Of a DNA stretch of 64,000 nucleotides, positions 25,791 to 39,352 are shown piece after piece. The DNA is taken from positions 3,730,192 through 3,794,191 of the forward strand of contig JAHRHZ010000105.1 of NCBI GenBank assembly GCA_024137785.1, in the 5' to 3' direction. Source of the stretch: Ginglymostoma cirratum. Lineage: Eukaryota. The translations under genes and the position numbers were made by a program. Numbering within the stretch: the stretch's first letter is position 1; every line of letters begins with the position of its first letter. The notes below the pieces were generated by a model. The model saw nothing but the letters and a program-made list of their open reading frames with translations, did not search any database and was not told the origin of the DNA.

Positions 25791-28700
25791 TGTAAATCAG
25801 GCCACATATGTTGGTGTTAGCACTTGAGATTTCTCAGAGTTTATGGAGGCATAAATCCAAATTCTGCCATGACAGTTTTAAGAATTAGAATTTTGACTTT
25901 AAAAATATCAGAAAGTAGCAACCCATTATCAGTAAAATTTACCATGAAGATGTTGAATTATCATAAAATCCAATTGGTTCTCTCCTGTCTGTTAGGCAAT
26001 GAAACTTGTTGTTACTACTAATGTGTCCTACAAATGTCAGACACTAGCTGCCTTGTCTGAGGTGTCCCAGTAAGTCTCCTGAAAAGTATTGAACCAATTC
26101 TGTATAATTTCAACAAAGTACTCTAATCATGCCCCAGGTTGCCCGCACCCTTAGAATCATTGTTAAAATGTAGTGTGTTGCCTTTGAAGATTTGTATAAG
26201 GTATCAACATTGCCAACCAATGCAGAGGTTTGGGCACATTCGCTCACTTGCACTGCTGCCTCAAATGCACAATTTTCCAATATGTGTTGTATGTTTAACC
26301 AAGGCAGTGATTCAGGCTGTCATTGGCTTGATCCCACAGTAATCAGTGACATGTTAAATCCCACTATAAGAGTCTCACATTCTTTATTCTGTAATTAACC
26401 TCTTTGGTGACATCATTAGTGCAGTATTACCAGGAAATCATCTGCTGTATATTACTGGGAAATTCTAAACCCCCTATATATTATAACAGACTACATGATA
26501 TTGTAATAAATATTAGTCCCATTACTTAACAAAGGTCGTGACATTAATTTCTCAGAAACCTAAATGGTAATCAAGAATTAGATTACATTCAGCAAATATA
26601 ATTTCTAGCTCGTTATCGAGAATTATTGTTTGTCCAACAAAAAGATTTTTTTTGGTGTTGGTTCTAGATTTTTGCCTTACTGGTAAAACTTAGTGAAGTG
26701 AAGTGACTTAATCGCTGTTAGCTTTCAAATCTTCTCTTACGTGTGCCTGATGTGATTTTAATAGGGTATGCCCACGTTCAGGGCGCACAGTCTCCAGATA
26801 TGCTGCGGATCACATCTGTTTTCCTTCCAGTAGGTTTTACTGAACCCAGGAATTGACACAGTGATAACCTTTTAACACAAAGCGTCCACAAAAGGGTTGG
26901 GTTGTATTTTCACTGCGATAAAAAGCTATACAATGCTCAAAAGAATAGATTTGAAACTGGAGGCAAAATCGAGACAAGCGCAAACAATATTCGCATCCTG
27001 AAACTCCAGTTTCCTTTTTGAACTACAACATAAACGTTTCGTTAGTTCTCTGTTCCTGCATTCACTGAGTTTGTTGTGCAAATGAACATATTTATTTGAT
27101 TAAAAGTTTAAGATTTATATTTCCATCACGCTTTGAATTTTTCCATGCACGACCTAAGGCGACGTAGGTCGAGTCTGAGTCGAATCCTATAAGTTCGTCA
27201 CAAGCTTTATTCTTGAACATACATATACTTCTAAAAATTTATACAGGTTCTTTTTGATACCATTTCCCTTGATATTAACGGTGATTCATTTCCTGCAGTT
27301 GTGGTTAAATTTTCTGGAAGTTCACCGCGAACTGTTGATGCAAACCCGAAGTCATTACTTGTGATCCCTTCGTCCAAGCCACTGTCAAGAGTTTATCAAC
27401 TTGGAAATTGTCCGGAGGTTTGAGGAAATCAAAGTGAAATATGGTTTTCCAGCCTTCAATGTGGACCATTCATAGGTTTTCGTATTTTGACATGGTTACC
27501 TATTCCATATCATTCGATTTTTAGCTGTAGCTGGAAAGTGATGCCTAATGCCCACGTGTTCCATAATTATTCAAACAGCAATGAAGTAAGCAGAGATGTA
27601 GGATCATTTAAAACCTTCTCAAAGGGTAAGTAACTAAACCGCGTACAGTAGAGGAACACGAGCTGTTGTTTTAGCTATCATTTTCCCGGGGAATATATAA
27701 CGGCGGGAGAAAACAATGTAATGTAGGCAGGTAGCTGTTAACATTAGTTTAGAGATAAAATATATAAATAGTTGAGTAAATGATGTACAATGATTGATAT
27801 TCGAATGTATCTATGGATAGAAAGAAACTATCCATTAGCTGGTTTTCTGTAGTCGCACCTATTCGGGGATTGGATATCAGGTGTCCCCTACTTGTTGCTG
27901 CAACATTATGTAAATATTCAGTGGTGACGTTTTGCGAATACTTAATGAAGGGGAATGAAATTGACTAAAAAGATGAAATAATTGGGACAGGCATAGGTTG
28001 CTCCAGTACATTGGAAAATCAGAGTTAGATCACTTTCCCTTGAACAAACGAGAAATTAATTTCTGGTTGGAACGGCAGGAGAATTGCTACATATTTTAAG
28101 TTTGTGACGATACGCGTGATTGTAGAGAATCTGGGAATTCTCAAACGCAGTCATCAGGGCTGATAGTAACAGTAGCAATGGACAAATCTCACTGGACCTG
28201 TCAATGATGATTAAATAGTACAGATTTAATTTTCGTGTGGATTATGAAGTGGAGGTCACGTGAGTAAATCGCGGCTGGTTGTACCCGGGGTGCACTGAAT
28301 CCACATCCGTTCCTGTTCCATTTACCCTGAAAGATTGCCTTCTTATTGAAAACAGTCGAGAATATTGACAGTGTAAAGGAACCAAATTAAAATCATCGCT
28401 CAAGTGCAACGTTAAAGCCTATTTTAGATCTTATCACTGTTCAGAATCTCTGACTCATTGCAACATTGGAGCAGGAAGATGTAAAACATCAAACACGAAC
28501 CAAAGGCGCTTTTAACATTTCGCAATTTTAAGGCTGCTTAATATACTTTTGGCTATTGCTTAAATGTTTGACTAATGATTTCGCTGCGACGAGAACTGAA
28601 GTGTATGCAATAAGACTGTATTATGAAACATAAACTATTTCAATACTGAAACTCAGGTGAAATTGTTAACTAATAGGAACTGAATTCGCCTGTGTATTTT

Positions 28701-29489
28701 TCCAGAAACTGTTGCCCTGTTATAAAGTTAACGTTCTAAAGTTCGGATTAAAAACGAAAAAAAGTTTCAAGATTGTCACTGGGAATATTTATACTTGAGG
28801 GAACTCTCTCATGTTTCAACTTAACTCCACAACCTTTTAAAATGCTTATATGTTTGCAAAACATTCATCTCACGGATGATAATATAAATAACACGTCGAG
28901 ACACCCATATGAATTAACTATCGGATTAGATTTTGGTGCCTGTCATGTTTCATAATTAAAATATGTATGATTAATGAAATGAAACTGAAACAATCCCAAA
29001 ATAATGAACAAAATCCTGTGTAAAAGAAGCTCTACTGGGATTTTGATAGTTCGCTGTCTCGTAGTTCGATCAGGAAAATTGAGAATAAACTGAGCTTTGA
29101 GATGAAGCTCCCTCCAGCGCTCTCCGTTTTCCTCCCGTTCCTCTGTTTTCGTGCTCATTTTATGTTGCACCCTGTGTTCCTTTTGACATTTATTCACCTT
29201 CATCTCACTTCTTGTTTCCAAATCAGTCATGCAATGATTTGACGTTTAATTTCCCGCCTTGAAAGGGTTTTTTTTGATGAGGAAACTGCCTGAAGTTTGT
29301 GTGTATTTATATGTAAAATATTACATTTTACCTTAGCGGGACCACCTGCATGTTCAGTTATTCGGAGAGTGAGGTCTGTCTACCGCACACTTTTATGTGA
29401 GTGTCCATTCCTTTTCATTCACAGACCAGCATTTAACACCCATCCCTTTTCTGTGGGTGTGGAATCACAGGTTGGTGTGACCGCTCAAG

Positions 29490-30050
29490 GATAAGACCAT
29501 GCGGCGTAGGAGCAGAAATAGGCCATTCAGCCCGACGAGTCTGCTCCATCAATGAGATCATGACCGATCTGATAATCCTCAATTTAATTTTCCTGCCTTT
29601 TCCCTATAACTCTTGATTATCTCACTGGTTACAAATCTATCCATTTCAGCCTTGAATATATTTAATGCCCCAGCCTCGCCAACCCTCTGTGGTAAAGAAT
29701 TCCACAGATTTACTACCTCAAGGAGAAGAAATTCATCCTCATCTCTGTCTTAAATGGGCGACCTTTATTCTGAGATTATCCCTCTGGTCTTAGACTCTCC
29801 CACAATGGGAAACACCCCGTCAAGTACCCTAAAAATGTTCTATTTTTCAATAAAGTTGCCTTTCATTATTCTAAATTCCAATGAGTACAGGCCCAGACTA
29901 CTCACCTCCTAAGACAAGTGCCTCCATACCCGGCACCAGCCTGGTGAACCTTCTCTGGACCGTCTGCATTGCCAGAATATCTTCTTTTCCATGAAGGGCC
30001 TCAAGCTATTCACAATATTCCAGCTGTGGTCTGACTAGTGTCATGGAGAA
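29490..30050 (-). mobile_element. CR1 3' fragment
   Basis: TAGGAGCAGAAATAGGCCATTCAGCCC...GAATTCCACAGATT...GAGAAGAAATTC is the reverse CR1 3' end. Confidence 0.75.
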
Positions 30051-30344
30051 TTTTCGCAAAACCTCCTCCTTTTGCCCTTGATAACTTTCCTTTTTTAAAA
30101 ATTTCAGATTTATATCAAATTCAAATTTTGTCATCTGCCATGGTGGGAATCGAACAGCTTGTAGTACCTGGATGATTACTCCGGTGATATTGTCACTATA
30201 CCTTCACCTTCCCCAACTTAGTTAGATGATGTATTTAGCTAAAAACAGGGATATAGATATAAATTTATTTATAAATCTCAGTTCGTGATTCGCATTTCTT
30301 TGCCGTATTATATAGCCTGGATTAGTCTGCAGCACTTTAATAAG

Positions 30345-30600
30345 GGGCTCACGTTTTAAGTGAAAGGCAGAAGACTTGAGGGGAAAATATTCGCCTATGG
30401 GTCTGGAATGTACCGCCTGGGGCGTGTGTGGTTGAGGCGGGAAACCTCACAACCTTTAAATAATACTTGAATGCTCTCCTGAAGTGCCATAACATTCAAG
30501 GCTATGAGACTAGTGCTGGAAAGTGGGGCTAGCGCAGGTAATCGTGTATTTTTGACGGTACAGACCCGAAGGGCTGAAGGGTCCCTTCTGAACTGTAGTC
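30345..30600 (+). mobile_element. CR1 3' fragment
   Basis: GGTCTGGAATG...GTTGAGGCGGGAAACCTCACAACCTTTAA...GGGCTGAAGGG. Confidence 0.6.
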
Positions 30601-31699
30601 TGGTTGTAAAGTCCGCCAATATTTCAGGGCATTCGTTTTGTCGAATTGGTTCAGCACGAGAGCCTGAAAATCTATTGACTGCCTTGAATATTGGAAGGAC
30701 ACGATTGCATGGAAACAATTTCACTAAAATAATAATACCGATTTTATTTCTCATTTGCCGCCGTTTGTGCTGCAGGCATCGCTGTGGATATTAGAACCTT
30801 ATCCATAATATCCAATGCGGAATTAGACCAATGAAATGCGTGAATAAAGCGGGAAGTATGTTATTTGAAATACCTGTATCGGCTGCTTAAAAAAAACATA
30901 AATAGAACATTCCAACTCGACTTTTGGATTTGATGATATCTAATGGCATTTTTTAAGCATTATGAACTCCCTGTTCTCACAGCTTAGTCGTGGAATATAA
31001 CAGTCGGGATAGATTATGGAACTCAAGATTTGCATCAAGTCTGCTGAATGTTAGATTCAAAATATTCTCGCGAGATATGTGAATGCGGGCGGACTTAGCT
31101 CCCGGCTGTATTATAGAATGCATTCGAGGGGGTGGGGGACTCGTAGGGAGTGGGGTGGTCATTATAACGGAATGCCAGGTTCTGAGTCTATTGGAAATTG
31201 TAAGGTTCTGAGAAATTCTTCCCATCGCCCTGTCCCATGACAGAGACCGTAGGTGACCCCAACCTTGGATATCCACCACCAGGAGTTTATCCGGGTCTGC
31301 TTCCCGTGTTCTTATCGCAGGGAGTACTCCCTGGGAATTCCCTGGGCCGTGTGTTACCTGGAGTTATGAATCACTGCGATCAACTTCAAACGAACCGTGC
31401 AACCCAATGGATTTCCAGGTCCAAGGTGCCCATTCAATTCTTGGAGATGCGTTTAACCAGTGTATACACTCACTCAAACTCATAACACAGAAATACAGCG
31501 GTCCAACTAGTTCTTTCCATATACAGACACGGTCCTTCTGGCGAGGTTATGCTGGAATCACTTCCACGTATGAAACAAAATAGAAATGTGGATCTATGTT
31601 TTCATTTACATTTATATAGTGGTATATTTCTCGGTTAAGCAGCAATTCACCAGGATAGGCTACGCATGTGTGTACATATTTGCCAATCAACATTTATAG

Positions 31700-31900
31700 A
31701 AACAAACAAAGAGAATGGTGGAGAAACTCATCAGGTCTGGCAGCACCTCTTGACAGAAAAACAGAATTAACGTTTCGAGTCCAGTATGACCCTCCTTCAG
31801 AATGAAGATTTGAAGATACTGACAGACCTGCTGAGTTTCTCCAGGATTCTCTGTACTTGTTTCAGATTTTCAGCAACCGCAGTATTTTGCTTTTATCTGA
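31700..31900. mobile_element. Inverted Penelope-derived ends with hammerhead-like motif (31765-31804, minus)
   Basis: GGAGAAACTCATCAGGTCTG and CAGACCTGCTGAGTTTCTCC are inverted arms; minus strand CTGAAGGAGGGTCATACTGGACTCGAAACGTT. Confidence 0.7.
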
Positions 31901-32679
31901 ACATTTCTTGAAAATTCCTGGACATGTTGTTTGTAAGAAATAGCAAAATACAGTTTATTGATGTGTGTCCAGCTCATTGGCGGTTTGTTGCAATGGTCGG
32001 GAGTGCAATAAGCCTTCCTTCTGGAGGCGTGTGTTTGTTTTGCAACTTTATATGTTTATGCAAACAACGGCGTTGGGAACAATCGGATTCTCTGAGGTGA
32101 GAGATGTTAACTGGATGGTCTCCTCAGACAAGGAGCTGACACGTTGCATCCCTGAAAACATACTTCCTGACAAAGTATGCAAGGGCCTCTGACAGATCGA
32201 AAGATTTGGTTCGCTAGTCTCTAATGTAACATAGATTGGACTTAAAATGAATTAATTCACAGAAGGATATCGATATAAAGAAAACATCTGATGCAAAATA
32301 AAAACAAATCGATTCATGAATTAGTTCCAATCTACACTGCAGTAGAGGCTATTATTAGGATCTGTACAAATATATATGTGTGCGAATGCAAGACGTCTCT
32401 ATGTAAATTGTAATGTGGGAAGAAAGTCGCGTGCAGCATAAACACCAGCACGGACCGGTTGGGCCAAATGGCCTGAATGCAAAACACAGTATGTACGGTG
32501 ATCGGCCACTCGGCTGATCATGCCTATGCTGGTCATTATGATCTATAGGTACATCTCCCACCCCCAATCAGTCTCACTCCATCAACATGTCCCGCTATTC
32601 CCTCAGCCCTGGTGCTTCCAGGTATTTTTCTGGTCAGGATGTTGCTCGCACACAAACACACACACACGCACACACACGC

Positions 32680-32755
32680 AGACCCCTCTGCCCACCTCTG
32701 GAGCAGGTGGGACTTGAACCTTGGTCCCCTGGCTCAAAAGTAGGGACCCGACGAT
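32680..32755 (-). mobile_element. tRNA-derived SINE head fragment next to (CA)n
   Basis: Minus strand GGTTCAAGTCCCACCTGCTCC is B-box-like; CA repeat at about 32648-32680. Confidence 0.5.
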
Positions 32756-34615
32756 AGCTCCTGGGTTTCCTCGTGTATATATGCAGTTACCCTTAAATAC
32801 ATTTACGCAATCTGTCTCAAGTATTTGCTCGCCAGTGAGTTTCACACTCTCAATTATATTTGAGTAAAGATATTTCCTACAATCCCGATTATTTTTATGA
32901 CTATAATGGGTCTCTGCTTCTGTTTCCCCCGCCTCAAGTGGAAACATTTGTGTTGTACCTGAGCAATATTAAGCTATATACGTGTTTGTATATATAAATA
33001 TAATAGTTCATATATGCTATCCACATTTTCTATATCTCAATGGATAGATAGATATAAACACCCTAAAGCTATGACCTAATTTAATTATTTTCAGTAGAAT
33101 GTGTCTGAATTTGTTCCTTTTTGAGATCCACATTGTGTAAAGACATGAATTTGAACAGTTGACAGCAAAATCGTTTAAATATTTTAATTACACGCTCCTG
33201 AACAAAATAAGCACACAGTTAACGTGTGTTTTATTTAAAATTATGGGCTATAATGCTCAAAGAATTCTTAATGTGTTCTTCCGTTTGTGCCTTGATGGCA
33301 TTTACGGAGTAATGAAGAAAAGTTTCACGCTATTTTTCAAAGAAAATAGTCAGCGTCCTATGAATGGATTACTCGGAGTTTTCCATGACAATGGGATGGT
33401 GTGTCTTAAAAAAAGACACCAGGCAAAAGTTTAGTTTAGATGTTGCCTCAATTAATGAACGGAAACTTGTAACTTTGTTTTCACCTGAATTTAGTTTCCG
33501 AGTTTAGCTGTTGATAGAGGCAGGGAGGCTTAAATTCGCCTCTGTTGTCAGATGTTTCCGGAATTTAAGAAAAATCCTCTCAGCCTAATTTTAGCCGTTG
33601 TACTCTTACCTAAAAAGGGTTTGAATTAATTCCGCCAGAATTTGCGACGTGGCTGAACCATTTCATATATCCTGTAAATGAATTGTGCTGGTATTCCTGT
33701 TTCTTAAAAATAAAGTAGTCATCATTTGTGATAAATAATGTTTAAATTCCAGTTGCTGCATTTTCGACAGCAATTTCCTTGCCCCTCCTGTTTTTCCTAA
33801 CGTAATGAATAAGAATTTATAGCCGTAATAATACATTGCTGGAGCAGTTCATCGCCGCTGTGTTATTACCGTAACGTCTTGTTTCCGTGATCGATGAGAA
33901 CTAAGCTTTTGTGACCCCGGTACAGAAAATAAGCCAAATGAGAACATTCATTAATGCAATAAAGATTCATCTGAGGCCGACTTTGCCACGAATATTTTAG
34001 CGCCGTGGTGTTGAGTAATATCAAATATTGATGGATTTTGATATAATATGGTAGGTAATGTTTAAATAATTAAACTGATCGCACCACACATAACAGGACG
34101 AAATTATTCGAAATATGGAAAATAAAGCATTTGGAAACTTCAAGAATTAGCTTCCAATCTTTCCTTATTTGTAAAGTGCCTGTTTTTCCAGCTTCATGCT
34201 CAATCCCGTTCATATCAAATGAACGATTTGTTTGTATACATTATCAGATTTTTTAAAAGGTCACTTTTTGTTAGGACTGTAATATCCCATCTCCACATCT
34301 TGAGTTAGCGACAGGCGTGGCCAACGTCACCATAAACTGTCATTAACTATTCATTTATTCAGTGTAGATGCGACCTTTGACCTTTCCAAATCTAAATGAG
34401 TTGCGATATATTCTCTATCTTGACACTTCTAAGTTTTGCAAAATCATTTTAAGACTGTTTTGGGAAAGTCCTTTTATTTTTTGTCTCAAAACTGCATTGC
34501 CCTTGGACTACAGGGAGAGAAGAGTGAATGTCCCTTCTAGTCTAAAGTTGACCCTAAGCGAGGAGCTACGAACGCTTAATCAACAGTGACCCAGACTGCT
34601 GAATTAATTTCAGCG

Positions 34616-34632
34616 TGAACTCTCCGTGAACC
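34616..34632 (-). promoter_or_regulatory. HoxB1 3' DR5 retinoic acid response element
   Basis: Minus strand GGTTCA-CGGAG-AGTTCA, a perfect DR5, about 6.4 kb 3' of the HoxB1 start. Comparable to the mouse Hoxb1 3' DR5 RARE. Confidence 0.85.
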
Positions 34633-34974
34633 AAAGAATAGTGAAGGAGAGCTGGTTCCTTGCGGCTGGCCCTGGGCAAACCTTTCAGCCTGAGTAAATA
34701 TTGAACGATTCCATCTGATGGCCGAAATGAAACGGTCCTGTCAGGCAAAAGTAAACTTAAAGAGGGTATATCACAAGGAGCTGGAAATCATATGGGCACG
34801 TCCTTATTGTTTTCGGTTCAGGTCAAATTCTCCTTCACCTGCCTGTTAAGTAAAGACACACGGAGGTGATCAGTAATTAAATGAAAAAGAGACAAGTGCT
34901 GTCAAATGCGTCTCCCGATTCTCAATAACACTTTTCAATAAAAGCAGAAGTAAAATAGAGCAAGTAAGATCAAA

Positions 34975-35075
34975 GTATTTCGAAGTAGAGTCATTCGGAC
35001 TCCAAACGTTAACTCTTGTTTCCCTCCACAGGTGCTGCCAGACCTGCTGAGTTTCTCCGGAACTTTCTGTTTTTA
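34975..35075 (+). mobile_element. Penelope-derived end, last clear TE before HoxB1
   Basis: GAGTCATTCGGACTCCAAACGTTAACTC...GCTGCCAGACCTGCTGAGTTTCTCC, same family as 31700-31900. Confidence 0.65.
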
Positions 35076-37730
35076 TAACACTCTAAAATATCGTTTTAAC
35101 TGTGAATGGGAAAACTGCATCCTTCACAAATTTAATAACTTGCAATAATGCACATTTACAAGCTTAATTTCTGTGGTGTTTGAGAGGATTCAAAGTTTGA
35201 TAAGTCGCCTTTGTGATCTGATCGGGTAAATGAACAATCTGATTTGTCTATAGCCAAGTATTTTAATGATCTGAGACGCACGTAGTCACAGAGAATCCTG
35301 ATGAATATTATCCATCCTACCAAAATGCTGTTTTTTTGTGTGTGCGCATTTGCCATAACTTTAGTTTTTTCTTACGTTCAAGGAAGGGGGTGAAATGATT
35401 TGTTTGTTTACTTTAATCACCTACTTGCTATTTCATGCACCTTAATCCCTTGAATTAATTGAAATGAAACACATATGAGGATAAGATAATAAAGAGCGTG
35501 GAATCATTTTGCAAACTGCTTTGGACGATTCTGAAGTCAAGTTGCATACGCCGGTGGGAGGGACAGTCTCTTTGCCGTGCTTGATGCACACTTAATCTCA
35601 CTTCAATCACTTCTGTGTGCGGTTTCTCTGACACTGCACAGGTTGGAGTAACCAGTGCTGTTGTGGAGCCTTCCGCCCAAAAATGGTGCAACGTTTTCAA
35701 GGAAATGATGATACATTGAATAGATAGAGACATAGCATCAGAAAAGATGCTTAAATGACGTCACTACAAAGGAGCTGAAACTCTACAAGTTACTGAAACT
35801 TTTTCCCCTTGCTGTCTCTGTAAAGCTATTTACGTCTTCCCTGTTTGCTTTTCGTTGAATGCAAGAAGTATTTCATTTTAAAACGCGTGAAGTTGCAGCC
35901 AATTCAAGAGCGGACCTTGTGGGGGGAAAACACGAATGACAAAGGACCGTTAATAGTTCAAAGGGAACCGTCATAAATTTTATGAGTGCGGTTTCCTTTA
36001 CATCAAAAGGCATCACATAGTGAGGGTAAAAGCTCCCAAAAACACGAGTGCAATTAACACAAAGTCGTCAGGAGCAGATGGCTATGGCCTTAGCGCTCAG
36101 TTAGTCACTTTGAAATTATTTTTTCTTACAGAACGTCCCCTACAGCCATCAAGCAGAAAAGACATTCGAACCGTGGCTTTTATTGATTTTCAGATTTATC
36201 GGGATGATTTGGGGCTGAAGACCAGAGCCATTCCTTTATTTATGTATTTACTGGGAAGGGGGAGGTGTGAAGTGAAGGCTGGCACAGCTTTGGCTGAAGT
36301 CACTCACTCCGAATAGTTCTTTTCATTCAATGAATTTCAAAGGCAGGTTTGAGAGAAGTGTGACATGAGAAGTATGTGATTCGCAGCAGAGTTTGCATTT
36401 AGAAGGGTCAAAGGGGTGTGTGGTTGCCAATGAAAATAAAATGTTGACCAAAGAGGCACTGTACATAAAACACAGCTAAACAGTATTTATTGCATGTTAC
36501 AGTCGGTGAATTTCTTAGCTGTTTCCAGTAACAATGCACCAAAAAAAAACTCGTTGCTTGGCGGGACTGGGTGATTTGCAACGATTTTCGTTCACACTTC
36601 CCCCGATTTCAACAGAAAGTCATACTTGTCTTTTGTTACGGTCCACAACACAAGCCAGATCAGAAAGATTCCTGGTTACATCATTGTTCGCGGCACATGT
36701 ATTCAGTTGAAATGCATTGTTCATCCATGAGGTTTTGTGTAGTCTGCTGGTTTGGGTGAAGCTGTTCGCATTCTTAAACACACATTGCAAATCCTTGCAT
36801 TGCAATAAAATGACGGAAGGAGGGGGAAAATGTTTGCACTAAATACGTCTGTCCCAAAGGGCAAAACGACTTCTCTTTGATCTCAAGAATTGTCACGCGC
36901 CAGGCCCAATAACATACCTTCTTTCCTCTGCAGTCTTAAATATTAGATTTGTTCTACTTCTCGAATCTAGCAGCTTTTCCTTTCCGACAGTCAAGACATT
37001 ACATCTAATGCGGGTCAAGCGGTATCTGGTCTAACTTTTCTTGTGCAGTCTTCCTCCCAAACGAACTCTAATTACGGTGAGGGCAGCGGCCCTTTCTTTT
37101 AACGAGAAATCTTTTAAGTTGTTTTATTTTTTCAAAAACATAGAATGAAAGCATTTCAAGCGTAAAATGACAGAATGTTTGTGACAAGCGTATGCCATGT
37201 GTGTGTACTGTTTTATTTGTACGTGTAGTATCGTATCTGATATTTATGCATGTATACGTACATGTGTAAATAACCGCGTATCGGCGTGTTTGGGGTTATA
37301 TGTCAATGTGTGCAATTTGTGTAAAAACTGTCTTGTGTGCCTGAGTGTAACTATGTGTGCGAAAGGGGGACCAAGTTCCCCAATGAGCCTTGATGCTTAC
37401 AATTGTAATTTATATAGGTTGCAGTCTAAACATTGAGCGGTCCGATTTAGTTAGAACTTTAGTTATTATTGCATTGTGTTCTATTCCATATCGCAATCTG
37501 GCCTTTTCCAGTTACCAGACAAGTTGGGGCAGTGAACGTTGCAGAGCAGTATTTTACTTTGAACGAATGCTAGATTTATGCAATTAGGCCTACACTGCAT
37601 GTAAAACCAACAGTAGGTATATAAAATATACATGGACATCTTGCAAGTTAGAATTATCCGCCTGAGATGGACAATAGTGTCATCTTTAGGCGGCTTTGTT
37701 GACTTGTTTGTTAATCCCAGAGGCGTTTGG

Positions 37731-37744
37731 AGGTAAAAAGGTCA
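37731..37744 (+). promoter_or_regulatory. HoxB1 3' DR2 RARE (early neural enhancer)
   Basis: AGGTAA-AA-AGGTCA matches the amniote Hoxb1 3' DR2 RARE as I recall it; 1.6 kb past the stop codon. Confidence 0.85.
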
Positions 37745-39352
37745 CTGGTACATCCGGAGTTTGCTCTTGCATTCCTCGCTTCGCCCATACATTTATTTTA
37801 AAGACACGACCGATGAGTTGTTTGTTTAACATCGTTCAGCAACAGATTCAACCTGAGAGGACTATTTCCTTTACGAATTCAGCTACGGTGAATACATTGA
37901 ATTAAATCTTTTCTGAAATGGTCCGTGTTTGCAAACACAAGATGGTCTGTCCAGCTGCTTGGTTGTAATTGCGTATCTTTAAGTTCTTGCACTTTGTTTT
38001 TTTTTGAAAAAGGAGGAACTCCATGTGTTAAAACCGCACCTTTCAGCTGGCTGGGGTTATGTGTTTTGGTTTATTTATGGGCTGCCAACAGACAGATTAC
38101 TGACTATGGATTGGAATATCTCATAGTGGTTAAAGTGCAATAACTACAGGAAATAAAACAAAGGTCCAGATCATCGTATTGTCATAGTTATTAAAGGTCG
38201 ATCATAGGCTTCCGCAGAAAAAGATTCCTCTTCACAACTCATATTGTCTTAAGAAAGAAAACCGAGAGAAATATAAATAGTCGAGAAAAAATTGTGTTAC
38301 AACAAACAAATCGAATTTATTGGAACGAGGTAGCTGAGCACAAGGGTTGTAAATAAAACTCGGTAAAACAATTGTATGACAGCATAACTACCCTAGGTGG
38401 AATTATTCCAACGCCTTGCTTAGTGACATGGAAGGTGCGTTACATGTCCTATCGTCGGATTTGTCAGCGAAATCGTAAACTTAACTAGTAAGTACTGAGG
38501 GAAATCTTTGTGGATGCATTTTTAAGTCACATGCTTGGGCTGATCCACTCCGACGTTCCTCACATTGATTTCAACAGATACCTGATTTGAGACCGAAAAT
38601 CAGTTGAAAGTTCAAACGTTTTCCAAATTATCATTACTTTCTGGAAATATATGACTGTTGTAAAAGTTTCTAATCTAAGAAATAACCAGCTTTGATCTCT
38701 CAATAGAAACAAATAAAAATGCCACAAAATTAAAGAAATGAGATTAGTATTTATCTGTTGACATTTAACACGCGCCTGCTACATTTTTTTCATTCAATTT
38801 ATTCGACTTAGTATCTCCTTTCTAACCTTAGCATGTGTATTTTTAAAGGACGACCCTGTTTACAGCATTCGTAGTGCAATCAAAGAAGTACCACAGATTT
38901 CATAAAACACATCACATTGCAGAATATCGGTGTGTGTTTTTCCTCTCTCAATTTCCGATATATACAAACAGTTCCGTTTAAAATCACATTTCTTAAATAC
39001 AAAATAAACTGAGATCTACACCTATGCATAGACATCAAGGCTGTGTAAAGCCAGACTGTCTATGACGTTAACAATGACTTAAGGCGAGTATTCGAAATCG
39101 CAAGCTAAATATATCTATATAACATACAAGCAGCCTGTCAATGTGGTGTTACAGTATTGCAACCATCACTATCAAAATATGGGATTCTGACATTGTAAAC
39201 ATGGGAAAAGTGCATTGCTTCTTTTTTGGTAATTTCCCTGAGTTTATAACAATGTTAACGATAAAAGGAAGGGCAGTTAACGCCAGTAAACTGAAATGAA
39301 AGAATTTAAAGTCATATTCTCTTTTTGTTAGTTTCATTATATATGGCCCGAG

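Noticed and set aside
27365-27478. Plus-strand peptide IVRRFEEIKVKYGFP, vaguely like the SKAP1 N-terminal region or a Harbinger nuclease
   Set aside because: Short, bounded by stops, on the wrong strand for SKAP1 and lacking catalytic motifs.
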